64,000 nt of DNA from Macrostomum hystrix (GCA_950097015.1 CATNEN010000029.1:2046001-2110000), one strand, 5' to 3'. Shown: positions 22,793 through 34,532, numbered from the stretch's first letter. Numbers and translations are program-made. Notes: generated from the sequence alone by a model not told the origin.

Positions 22793-22930
22793 GCACATAG
22801 AATCGCAGCTGGAACTGTCCATAGAATCGCAGCTAGAACTGCTTACATAGAATCGCAGCTAGAACTGTACATAGAATCGCAGCTAGAACTGTACATAGAA
22901 TCGCAGCTGGAACTGTCCATAGAATCTCAG
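22793..22930. repeat. 24-bp tandem repeat (ACATAGAATCGCAGCTAGAACTGT)n, ~5-6 copies
   Basis: Read directly. Confidence 0.85.
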
Positions 22931-23059
22931 CCGGATCCATTTTTTAGATAGAATCATCGAATGATCGGTAGACAGAATGAAAGCAAAGATTTTAGTTGCT
23001 TGGGTCTGTACGCTTATGATCGGCTGCTCTCATTTAAGGTTTTGCCCAGTGATCGAAAC

Positions 23060-23377
23060 ATGCCTACTAAAGCTAGCAACTCGGCTGAGCGCGAGCCAAA
23101 CACGGAAGTCGCCGAGCAAGCCCTGCTAGCTGAGGCTGCTCAACGCCGTCTATTCAAGTTGGAGCAACGGCTGGACACCCTGGAGAAGGCCAGCGACCAC
23201 ATGGACAGGCGGCTAGCCCGACTGCAGTTTGGCCTTCTGCTGGCGGTCTGCCTGGCAGCCGGCGGCTATTCCATCTTTCAGGTCTACGGCTATGCCGGCC
23301 TCATTCTGGGCACGACGGCTGTTGCTGGGGCGGGGGCTCTGTTCTACCTGGACGATGGGGGCACGTTTGGGAAGTAG
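23060..23377 (+). CDS. Orphan small membrane protein, 105 aa (coiled coil followed by two hydrophobic segments)
   Basis: The GC-rich, exon-like codon usage stands out from AT-rich flanks. LFKLEQRLDTLEKASDHMDRRLARL forms a heptad pattern, followed by FGLLLAVCLAAGGYSIF and AGLILGTTAVAGAGALFYL. An acceptor-like TTTAAG lies at 23033-23038, upstream of the ATG. Confidence 0.65.
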   Translation: MPTKASNSAEREPNTEVAEQALLAEAAQRRLFKLEQRLDTLEKASDHMDRRLARLQFGLLLAVCLAAGGYSIFQVYGYAGLILGTTAVAGAGALFYLDDGGTFGK

Positions 23378-23911
23378 CTAAATCAAAAGGTTGTGTACAA
23401 AATTTTCAGTCCAGTGACTGATAAATTAATCGCCCACCACCCACTCTAATTTTAGTAATTGAGTAGTCGATTCTTGCTTCTCTCATGCGATTCTTATTTG
23501 AACGATTTCTTTGAAATATCGATTGCCTATTGAATATCGATTTTAATTTATCGCACTGGACGCACCGAAAATTACAAGTAATTGAACATTTTATTGTAAG
23601 AATTGTCTTCTAGATTAATTCCTAAATCGCTTCTGTTGCTGTCAAATTTGCAGTACAGTGATGGTCACCGTTTTTATTCGTCTGATACTCGAGTAGCCGC
23701 ATGTCAAATACATATTAAGTCATCACTTATTAGGCACTTCTGAAATTGGTTAGGTAAAATGCGCTCAAGTTTAATCATATCTATTTTTATCTTTAAGCAA
23801 TCATAAGCATTTCATCGGTCCAACATGCAATTTACGAATCTAAAATGCACTTAAGCAATAAAATGAAAGATACGCAGAAGTATCCATCGGCAAGAATCGC
23901 AGATAGTATGT

Positions 23912-26900
23912 GGAATCGAAGCAGAAGCCGTAGCTAGAATCGAAGCAGAAGCCTTAGCTAGAATCGAAGCACAAGCCGTAGCTAGAATCCAAGCAGAAGC
24001 CGTAGCTAGAATCGAAGCAGAAGCCGTAGCTAGAATCGAAGCACAAGCAGTAGCTAGAATCGAAGCAGAAGCCGTAGCTAGAATCGAAGCAGCAGCCGTA
24101 GCTAGAATCGAAGCAGCAGCCTTAGCTAGAATCGAAGCAGAAGCCGTAGCTAGAATCGAAGCAGCAGCCTTAGCTAGAATCGAAGCAGAAGCCGTAGCTA
24201 GAATCGAAGCACAAGCCGTAGCTAGAATCGAAGCAGCAGCCGTAGCTAGAATCCAAGCAGAAGCCGTAGCTAGAATCGAAGCAACAGCCGTAGCTAGAAT
24301 CGAAGCAACAGCCGTAGCTAGAATCAAAGCAGCAGCCGTAGCTGGAATCGAAGCAGAAGCTTAGCAAGTATCGAAGCAGAAGCTTAGCAAGAATCGAAGC
24401 AGAAGCTTAGCAAGAATCGAAGCAGAAGCTCTAGCAAGAATCGAAGCAGAAGCTTAGCAAGAATCGAAGCAGAATCTTAGCAAGAATCGAAGCAGAAGCT
24501 TAGCAAGAATCGAAGCAGAAGCTTAGCAAGAATCGAAGCAGAAGCTTAGCAAGAATCGAAGCAGAAGCTTAGCAAGAATCGAAGCAGAAGCTCTAGCAAG
24601 AATCGAAGCAGAAGCTTAGCAAGAATCGAAGCAGAAGCTTAGCAAGAATCGAAGCAGAAGCCGTAGCTAGAATCGAAGCAGCAGCCGTAGCTAGAATCGA
24701 AGCAGAAGCAGTAGCTAGAATCGAAGCAGCAGCCGTAGCTAGAATCGAAGCAGAAGCAGTAGCTAGAATCGAAGCAGAAGCCTTAGCTAGAATCGAAGCA
24801 GAAGCCGTAGCTAGAATCGAAGCACAAGCAGTAGCTAGAATCGAAGCAGAAGCCGTAGCTAGAATCGAAGCAGCAGCCGTAGCTAGAATCGAAGCAGCAG
24901 CCTTAGCTAGAATCGAAGCAGAAGCCGTAGCTAGAATCGAAGCAGCAGCCTTAGCTAGAATCGAAGCAGAAGCCGTAGCTAGAATCGAAGCACAAGCCGT
25001 AGCTAGAATCGAAGCAGCAGCCGTAGCTAGAATCCAAGCAGAAGCCGTAGCTAGAATCGAAGCAACAGCCGTAGCTAGAATCGAAGCAACAGCCGTAGCT
25101 AGAATCAAAGCAGCAGCCGTAGCTGGAATCGAAGCAGAAGCTTAGCAAGTATCGAAGCAGAAGCTTAGCAAGAATCGAAGCAGAAGCTTAGCAAGAATCG
25201 AAGCAGAAGCTCTAGCAAGAATCGAAGCAGAAGCTTAGCAAGAATCGAAGCAGAATCTTAGCAAGAATCGAAGCAGAAGCTTAGCAAGAATCGAAGCAGA
25301 AGCTTAGCAAGAATCGAAGCAGAAGCTTAGCAAGAATCGAAGCAGAAGCTTAGCAAGAATCGAAGCAGAAGCCGTAGCTAGAATCTAAGCAGAAGCCGTA
25401 GCTAGAATCGAAGCAGAAGCCGTAGCTGGAATCGAAGCAGAAGCCGTAGCTAGAATCGAAGCAGAAGCCGTAGCTAGAATCGAAGCAGAAGCAGTAGCTA
25501 GAATCGAAGCAGAAGCCTTAGCTAGAATCGAAGCAGAAGCTTAGCAAGAATCGAAGCAGAAGCCGTAGCTAGAATCGAAGCAGCAGCCGTAGCTAGAATC
25601 GAAGCAGAAGCAGTAGCTAGAATCGAAGCAGAAGCCTTAGCTAGAATCGAAGCAGAAGCCGTAGCTAGAATCGAAGCAGAAGCCGTAGCTGGAATCGAAG
25701 CAGAAGCCGTAGCTAGAATCGAAGCAGAAGCCGTAGCTAGAATCGAAGCAGAAGCCGTAGCTAGAATCGAAGCAGAAGCCGTAGCTAGAATCGAAGCAGA
25801 AGCCTTAGCTGGAATCGAAGCAGAAGCCGTAGCTAGAATCGAAGCAGAAGCCTTAGCTAGAATCGAAGCAGAAGCCGTAGCTAGAATCGAAGCAGAAGCC
25901 TTAGCTGGAATCGAAGCAGAAGCCGTAGCTGGAATCGAAGCAGAAGCCGTAGCTAGAATCGTAGCAGAAGCCGTAGCTAGATTCGAAGCAACAGCCGTAG
26001 CTAGAATCGAAGCAGAAGCCTTAGCTAGAATCGAAGCAGAAGCCGTAGCTAGAATCGAAGCAACAGCCGTAGCTAGAATCAAAGCAGCAGCCGTAGCTGG
26101 AATCGAAGCAGAAGCTTAGCAAGTATCGAAGCAGAAGCTTAGCAAGAATCGAAGCAGAAGCTTAGCAAGAATCGAAGCAGAAGCTCTAGCAAGAATCGAA
26201 GCAGAAGCTTAGCAAGAATCGAAGCAGAAGCTTAGCAAGAATCGAAGCAGAAGCTTAGCAAGAATCGAAGCAGAAGCTTAGCAAGAATCGAAGCAGAAGC
26301 TTAGCAAGAATCGAAGCAGAAGCTTAGCAAGAATCGAAGCAGAAGCTCTAGCAAGAATCGAAGCAGAAGCTTAGCAAGAATCGAAGCAGAAGCTTAGCAA
26401 GAATCGAAGCAGAAGCTTAGCAAGAATCGAAGCAGAAGCTTAGCAAGAATCGAAACAGAATCTTAGCAATAATCGAAGCAGAAGCTCTAGCGATAATCGA
26501 AGCAGAAGCTCTAGCAAGAATCGAAGCAGAAGCTCTAGCAAGAATCGAAGCAGAAGCTCTAGCAATAATCGAAGCAGAAGCTCTAGCGATAATCGAAGCA
26601 GAAGCTCTAGCGATAATCGAAGCAGAAGCTCTAGCGATAATCGAAGCAGAAGCTCTAGCGATAATCGAAGCAGAAGCTCTAGCAAGAATCGAAGCAGAAG
26701 CTCTAGCGATAATCGAAGCAGAAGCTCTAGCGATAATCGAAGCAGAAGCTCTAGCAAGAATCGAAGCAGAAGCTCTAGCAAGAATCGAAGCAGAAGCTCT
26801 AGCAAGAATCGAAGCAGAAGCTCTAGCAAGAATCGAAGCAGAAGCTCTAGCAAGAATCGAAGCAGAAGCTCTAGCGATAATCGAAGCAGAAGCTCTAGCA

Positions 26901-27708
26901 AGAATCGAAGCAGAAGCTCTAGCAAGAATCGAAGCAGAAGCTCTAGCAATAATCGAAGCAGAAGCTCTAGCGATAATCGAAGCAGAAGCTCTAGCAAGAA
27001 TCGAAGCAGAAGCTCTAGCAAGAATCGAAGCAGAAGCTCTAGCAAGAATCGAAGCAGAAGCTTAGCGATAATCGAAGCAGAAGCTCTAGCAAGAATCGAA
27101 GCAGAAGCTCTAGCAAGAATCGAAGCAGAAGCTCTAGCAAGAATCGAAGCAGAAGCTCTAGCTATAATCGAAGCAGAAGCCTTAGCGATAATCGAAGCAG
27201 AAGCTCTAGCAAGAATCGAAGCAGAAGCTCTAGCAAGAATCGAAGCAGAAGCTCTAGCAAGAATCGAAGCAGAAGCTCTAGCAAGAATCGAAGCAGAAGC
27301 TCTAGCAAGAATCGAAGCAGAAGCTCTAGCAATAATCGAAGCAGAAGCTCTAGCGATAATCGAAGCAGAAGCTCTAGCAAGAATCGAAGCAGAAGCTCTA
27401 GCAAGAATCGAAGCAGAAGCTCTAGCAAGAATCGAAGCAGAAGCTTAGCGATAATCGAAGCAGAAGCTCTAGCAAGAATCGAAGCAGAAGCTCTAGCAAG
27501 AATCGAAGCAGAAGCTCTAGCAAGAATCGAAGCAGAAGCTCTAGCTATAATCGAAGCAGAAGCCTTAGCGATAATCGAAGCAGAAGCTCTAGCAAGAATC
27601 GAAGCAGAAGCTCTAGCAAGAATCGAAGCAGAAGCTCTAGCAAGAATCGAAGCAGAAGCTTAGCGATAATCGAAGCAGAAGCTCTAGCTATAATCGAAGC
27701 AGAAGATG
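23912..27708. repeat. ~3.8-kb satellite of 23/24-bp units (GAATCGAAGCAGAAGC + CGTAGCTA / TTAGCAA / TCTAGCAA) with higher-order blocks
   Basis: Three unit variants are arranged in blocks. A diagnostic variant GAATCAAAGCAGCAGCC occurs at 24321, 25102 and 26076. Confidence 0.97.
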
Positions 27709-27968
27709 TAAATTATGTCACCGTCGTATTCAGTTAAGGCTGGCAGCATGGCAAGCATTTCTCAGTTGATGTTCCCAACAGAGCCAAATGTTCAAATTGT
27801 AGTTGGCAAACAATCTCTTTATTTTCACTTGACCACGTGTGTATTTCAGTCCTTCAAGTTAGCACTAATTTAACATTAGCGGGATGCCTTGCATAAAATT
27901 TTCTTCTCAAATGTACTTCTGCTTCAGCTGTCAAATCATTATAATCTTTGGCGCTGTCGCGGTTTGCT

Positions 27969-28262
27969 TCAAACGCCGCCGCTGGCGCCCCGTCGGCGCA
28001 GGCGGAAGATCACCGAGTCGGAGCGCGACTCGCTGCTCAGATCGTTGAGCTGTTTGAGCAGCTGCTCGATGTCGCCGCTGCCGCCGGCGCGTTTCAGATT
28101 GCTTCCTCGCAGGAGTCGCTTAAGCATGAAGAAACGGTAGGGCTCGGAGCCGCTGCGCCGCTGGTGCTCGGCTTCGTCGGCGGCGCCGCCGCTAGGAGCT
28201 CCGGCAGCCGAAGCGATGAGCACAGCGGCCATCAGGGCGCATAGCAACAGTGGCTGAGACAT
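27969..28262 (-). CDS. Putative neuropeptide/peptide prohormone precursor, 97 aa
   Basis: N-terminal hydrophobic signal peptide MSQPLLLCALMAAVLIASAAG; basic cleavage sites RR, KR, KR and RRR; GC-rich codon usage. A splice acceptor (TCTCGCCCGCAG, minus strand) lies 34 nt upstream of the ATG, and AATAAA (minus strand, ~27818-27823) lies ~150 nt after the stop. Confidence 0.8.
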   Translation of the reverse strand: MSQPLLLCALMAAVLIASAAGAPSGGAADEAEHQRRSGSEPYRFFMLKRLLRGSNLKRAGGSGDIEQLLKQLNDLSSESRSDSVIFRLRRRGASGGV

Positions 28263-29316
28263 GCTTTATTATCGATCCGATTTACAATCGTGGGACCTGC
28301 GGGCGAGACATTCGTTTGGGATTCACGCTCAGCCTAAATAGTTTTTCTGTCAGCATCGGCAGACAATTTTAAAACTAGGGAGAAAAATCCATTAGCACAG
28401 TTTTATTGGCTAAACAATTTTCAAGCCAAAGAAGCAGCCACGCCTTGGGAATTGTTCCAATATTTTAAGAGCAAAAAACAGGAAATCAAATTAGCATCTG
28501 CTCAGGTTGCCTGCAGACAAACTCGCTATTTGGCACTCCGGTATCCGTGGCACACAATCTTGAATCTCTCACCAGAGGGCGAAGTAGAAAGCCTCCTCGG
28601 TTTCAGCTCTTGCTTGCTTGCTAATTTCTATTCGGCCTGACTTCGTATCGCAGTGTCGCGCGCTGCCCTGCGGAGCCGCGGGTCTCGCCGGCGAGGGGCC
28701 AGTTTTATTCTGGGCCGATTCCACCCCCCTGCGCGCCTGAGACGGGAAACTCTCGACTAGGATTGGCGTGGGATTTTCGGGAAGACTACAGAGCTAATCT
28801 GATGGACACTGTGGCATATTGACAGGGATTTGCCAGCCCATTTATCCCCTTTCTATTATACACATCCTGGAAAATTTTTCCAAATCTTTATCGCCATTTT
28901 TGCATTCGTTTTACAATCCGGGCCTCCACTTAAGCCAGAGCCATGGCCAGATCCCAGCGGGGTGATAACCAGCCATCATTGTGTCGTTGCAGCAACAAGT
29001 CTGTTCAGTGAAGCGAGTTTTTTTGCGTTTCAATGTTTCTCTCGCAAAATCCTGATCCCACTGGGGAGTCGCTGATGGAATGCGGCATTTCGTGAGCATA
29101 GTTGAGCACTGATGAGCAATTGACAAATTGTGAAGCACCAAATAGAGAAATGTGAGATGGCATCACACTGCTAAAGGAATTTCCACTGCTTTCTACCGTC
29201 TCTAACAGCATTTAATTCTGACTTGTGCTGCCTTTAAAATACCTGTTTAGCCATTATTTGAAATACAATAAAACAGCTACAACTAGTAGCTATAGAATGG
29301 CTCAATTACTAGTTAT

Positions 29317-32300
29317 ATTGTAATGAATGATTGCTTGAAGCATCCAGCATTGTAATGAATGATTGCTTGAAGCATCCAGCATTGTAATGAATGATTGCTT
29401 GAAGCATCCAGCATTGTAATGAATGATTGCTTGAAGCATCCAGCATTGTAATGAATGATTGCTTGAAGCATCCAGCATTGTAATGAATGAGTGCTTGAAG
29501 CATCCAGCATTGTAATGAATGATTGCTTGAAGCATCCAGCATTGTAATGAATTAGTGCTTGAAGCATCCAGCATTGTAATGAATGAGTGCTTGAAGCATC
29601 CAGCATTGTAATGAATTATTGCTTGAAGCATCCAGCATTGTAATGAATGATTGCTTGAAGCATCCAGCATTGTAATGAATGATTGCTTGAAGCATCCAGC
29701 ATTGTAATGAATGATTGCTTGAAGCATCCAGCATTGTAATGAATGATTGCTTGAAGCATCCAGCATTGTAATGAATGAGTGCTTGAAGCATCCAGCATTG
29801 TAATGAATGATTGCTTGAAGCATCCAGCATTGTAATGAATGATTGCTTGAAGCATCCAGCATTGTAATGAATGATTGCTTGAAGCATCCAGCATTGTAAT
29901 GAATGATTGCTTGAAGCATCCAGCATTGTAATGAATGATTGCTTGAAGCATCCAGCATTGTAATGAATGAGTGCTTGAAGCATCCAGCATTGTAATGAAT
30001 GATTGCTTGAAGCATCCAGCATTGTAATGAATGATTGCTTGAAGCATCCAGCATTGTAATGAATGATTGCTTGAAGCATCCAGCATTGTAATGAATGATT
30101 GCTTGAAGCATCCAGCATTGTAATGAATGAGTGCTTGAAGCATCCAGCATTGTAATGAATTATTGCTTGAAGCATCCAGCATTGTAATGAATGATTGCTT
30201 GAAGCATCCAGCATTGTAATGAATGATTGCTTGAAGCATCCAGCATTGTAATTAATGATTGCTTGAAGCATCCAGCATTGTAATGAATGAGTGCTTGAAG
30301 CATCCAGCATTGTAATGAATGATTGCTTGAAGCATCCAGCATTGTAATGAATGAGTGCTTGAAGCATCCAGCATTGTAATGAATGATTGCTTGAAGCATC
30401 CAGCATTGTAATGAATGATTGCTTGAAGCATCCAGCATTGTAATGAATGAGTGCTTGAAGCATCCAGCATTGTAATGAATGATTGCTTGAAGCATCCAGC
30501 ATTGTAATGAATGATTGCTTGAAGCATCCAGCATTGTAATGAATGATTGCTTGAAGCATCCAGCATTGTAATGAATGATTGCTTGAAGCATCCAGCATTG
30601 TAATGAATGATTGCTTGAAGCATCCAGCATTGTAATGAATGATTGCTTGAAGCATCCAGCATTGTAATGAATTAGTGCTTGAAGCATCCAGCATTGTAAT
30701 GAATGATTGCTTGAAGCATCCAGCATTGTAATGAATGATTGCTTGAAGCATCCAGCATTGTAATGAATGATTGCTTGAAGCATCCAGCATTGTAATGAAT
30801 GATTGCTTGAAGCATCCAGCATTGTAATGAATGATTGCTTGAAGCATCCAGCATTGTAATGAATGATTGCTTGAAGCATCCAGCATTGTAATGAATGATT
30901 GCTTGAAGCATCCAGCATTGTAATGAATGATTGCTTGAAGCATCCAGCATTGTAATGAATGATTGCTTGAAGCATCCAGCATTGTAATGAATGATTGCTT
31001 GAAGCATCCAGCATTGTAATGAATGATTGCTTGAAGCATCCAGCATTGTAATGAATGATTGCTTGAAGCATCCAGCATTGTAATGAATGATTGCTTGAAG
31101 CATCCAGCATTGTAATGAATGAGTGCTTGAAGCATCCAGCATTGTAATGAATGATTGCTTGAAGCATCCAGCATTGTAATGAATGATTGCTTGAAGCATC
31201 CAGCATTGTAATGAATGATTGCTTGAAGCATCCAGCATTGTAATGAATGATTGCTTGAAGCATCCAGCATTGTAATGAATGATTGCTTGAAGCATCCAGC
31301 ATTGTAATGAATGATTGCTTGAAGCATCCAGCATTGTAATGAATGAGTGCTTGAAGCATCCAGCATTGTAATGAATGATTGCTTGAAGCATCCAGCATTG
31401 TAATGAATGATTGCTTGAAGCATCCAGCATTGTAATGAATGAGTGCTTGAAGCATCCAGCATTGTAATGAATGATTGCTTGAAGCATCCAGCATTGTAAT
31501 GAATAAGTGCTTGAAGCATCCAGCATTGTAATGAATGATTGCTTGAAGCATCCAGCATTGTAATGAATGAGTGCTTGAAGCATCCAGCATTGTAATGAAT
31601 GATTGCTTGAAGCATCCAGCATTGTAATGAATGATTGCTTGAAGCATCCAGCATTGTAATGAATGAGTGCTTGAAGCATCCAGCATTGTAATGAATGATT
31701 GCTTGAAGCATCCAGCATTGTAATGAATGATTGCTTGAAGCATCCAGCATTGTAATGAATGATTGCTTGAAGCATCCAGCATTGTAATGAATGAGTGCTT
31801 GAAGCATCCAGCATTGTAATGAATTATTGCTTGAAGCATCCAGCATTGTAATGAATGATTGCTTGAAGCATCCAGCATTGTAATGAATGATTGCTTGAAG
31901 CATCCAGCATTGTAATTAATGATTGCTTGAAGCATCCAGCATTGTAATGAATGAGTGCTTGAAGCATCCAGCATTGTAATGAATGATTGCTTGAAGCATC
32001 CAGCATTGTAATGAATGAGTGCTTGAAGCATCCAGCATTGTAATGAATGATTGCTTGAAGCATCCAGCATTGTAATGAATGATTGCTTGAAGCATCCAGC
32101 ATTGTAATGAATGAGTGCTTGAAGCATCCAGCATTGTAATGAATGATTGCTTGAAGCATCCAGCATTGTAATGAATGATTGCTTGAAGCATCCAGCATTG
32201 TAATGAATGATTGCTTGAAGCATCCAGCATTGTAATGAATGATTGCTTGAAGCATCCAGCATTGTAATGAATTAGTGCTTGAAGCATCCAGCATTGTAAT

Positions 32301-33048
32301 GAATGATTGCTTGAAGCATCCAGCATTGTAATGAATAAGTGCTTGAAGCATCCAGCATTGTAATGAATGATTGCTTGAAGCATCCAGCATTGTAATGAAT
32401 GAGTGCTTGAAGCATCCAGCATTGTAATGAATGATTGCTTGAAGCATCCAGCATTGTAATGAATGATTGCTTGAAGCATCCAGCATTGTAATGAATGATT
32501 GCTTGAAGCATCCAGCATTGTAATGAATGATTGCTTGAAGCATCCAGCATTGTAATGAATGAGTGCTTGAAGCATCCAGCATTGTAATGAATGATTGCTT
32601 GAAGCATCCAGCATTGTAATGAATGATTGCTTGAAGCATCCAGCATTGTAATGAATGAGTGCTTGAAGCATCCAGCATTGTAATGAATGATTGCTTGAAG
32701 CATCCAGCATTGTAATGAATGATTGCTTGAAGCATCCAGCATTGTAATGAATGATTGCTTGAAGCATCCAGCATTGTAATGAATGATTGCTTGAAGCATC
32801 CAGCATTGTAATGAATGATTGCTTGAAGCATCCAGCATTGTAATGAATGATTGCTTGAAGCATCCAGCATTGTAATGAATGATTGCTTGAAGCATCCAGC
32901 ATTGTAATGAATGAGTGCTTGAAGCATCCAGCATTGTAATGAATGATTGCTTGAAGCATCCAGCATTGTAATGAATGAGTGCTTGAAGCATCCAGCATTG
33001 TAATGAATGATTGCTTGAAGCATCCAGCATTGTAATGAATGATTGCTT
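29317..33048. repeat. ~3.7-kb satellite of 32-bp units (ATTGTAATGAATGATTGCTTGAAGCATCCAGC)n, ~116 copies
   Basis: Highly homogeneous tandem array; it explains all the MLDASSNHSLQCW-repeat ORFs. Confidence 0.98.
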
Positions 33049-33437
33049 GGGGACGCAAAAAAGAGGCTTCAAGCCTAGTCGTTAATTAAAATCGGTTGCT
33101 AGGCTGCTGCAGCCACGCGGACTGCTCAACTCTGGCTAATTATCGGTATGCTACCTAATCCCAACTGAAACAAATGTCCCCCTCCCTCAGCCAGCTCCAG
33201 TTTATGATGGAAGTCTATGGGGTCTATCTAAAAAAAAACTGGGCAAAAATCTTTGCCAGAAGATAGGCGACTGTGGCAGAATATGATGCGGCTGCAAAAG
33301 AGGGAGATGGGGCAGGATTATACTGGTTGGGACAGTGAAACAGCATTTATATAACTGTCACCTGCTGCGGACAATCCTAAAGCCGGCTATTGACACCTGA
33401 GCAGTGATAGACAAAGGATACAAATCAATAACCTTAA

Positions 33438-33710
33438 ATGGCCAGTCGGACCTTAGTGACAACCAACCAGCAGCAGAAGCAGCAGCAGCATGAATTCAGT
33501 GATACTGAGATCTATAGCAGCGAGGAAGAGCACATTGGTAAGAAGCTGTCAGTCGGAGAAAATCAGCAGCAGCATCAGCAGCAAAAGAAAAAGAAGAAAC
33601 GCAGCAACAGGAAGGCGTCCCTGTCGCAGCCAAGCAGCAGGAGCAAATTCGGCGGTGCCAACACGGCCAGCTCGAAGAAGAGGGGCAGCGAAGTATGCTC
33701 AATTCTGTGA
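33438..33710 (+). CDS. Putative 90-aa Gln-rich, polybasic protein ending in CaaX motif CSIL (or first exon of a longer gene)
   Basis: ATG-initiated, GC-rich ORF with CAG-rich Gln runs, an acidic patch, KKKKKRSNRK, and the C-terminus SKKRGSEVCSIL*. An in-frame TAA lies immediately upstream of the ATG. Confidence 0.5.
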   Translation: MASRTLVTTNQQQKQQQHEFSDTEIYSSEEEHIGKKLSVGENQQQHQQQKKKKKRSNRKASLSQPSSRSKFGGANTASSKKRGSEVCSIL

Positions 33711-33952
33711 ACTAACCGCGAGAGTGTGACACTTGAGCATCTGTATCAATAGCTTGCAAAACATTGCTATCTGTTAGATCGAGATTTTAGAACAAGGCTG
33801 AGTAATGATAGCAAAAAACGCGAATTGCATAAATGTTAAAAAAATCTGCTAATTTCTCTCCTTTTGGCTTAATTTAAAATTTCCGTGTGATCAATTTTTC
33901 TCTTCCCTTCGTTTCTTTTTATTCGATTTTTTATTTCCCGCGATTAATATTC

Positions 33953-34532
33953 GGAGTGGAGTGGAGTGGAGTGGAGTGGACTGGAGTGGAGTGGAGTGGA
34001 GTGGAGTGGACTGGAGTGGAGTGGAGTGGACTGGAGTGGAGTGGAGTGGAGTGGAGTGGAGTAGAGTGGAGTGGAGTGGAGTGAAGTGGAGTGGAGTGGA
34101 GTGGAGTGGAGTGGACTGGAGTGGACTGGACTGGAGTGGACTGGAGTGGAGTGGAGTGGAGTGGACTGGAGTGGAGTGGACTGGAGTGGAGTGGAGTGGA
34201 GTGGAGTGGAGTGGAGTGGACTGGAGTGGACTGGAGTGGAGTGGAGTGGAGTGGAGTGGACTGGAGTGGAGTGGAGTGGAGTAGATTGGAGTGGAGTGGA
34301 GTGGAGTAGATTGGAGTGGAGTGGAGTGGAGTGAAGTGGAGTGGAGTGGAGTGGAGTGGAGTGGAGTGGAGTGGAGTGGATTGGAGTGGAGTGGAGTGGA
34401 GTGGATTGGAGTGGAGTGGAGTGGAGTGGAGTATATTGGAGTGAAGTGGAGTGGAGTGGAGTGGAGTGGAGTAGATTGGAGTGGAGTGGACTGGAGTGGA
34501 CTGGACTGGACTGGAGTGGGAGTGGAGTGGAG
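33953..34532. repeat. (GGAGT)n pentanucleotide microsatellite
   Basis: Read directly; it explains the STPLH / VEWSG ORFs. Confidence 0.97.

Noticed and set aside
23851-27428. Minus-strand ILATASAS / LLELLLRF ORFs
   Set aside because: These are satellite translations starting at non-ATG codons.
29302-33072. Many overlapping long minus-strand ORFs (up to 783 aa), and a CRISPR-like unit length
   Set aside because: The 32-bp unit lacks stops on that strand, so all three frames stay open. There are no unique spacers and no cas genes, so it is not a CRISPR array.
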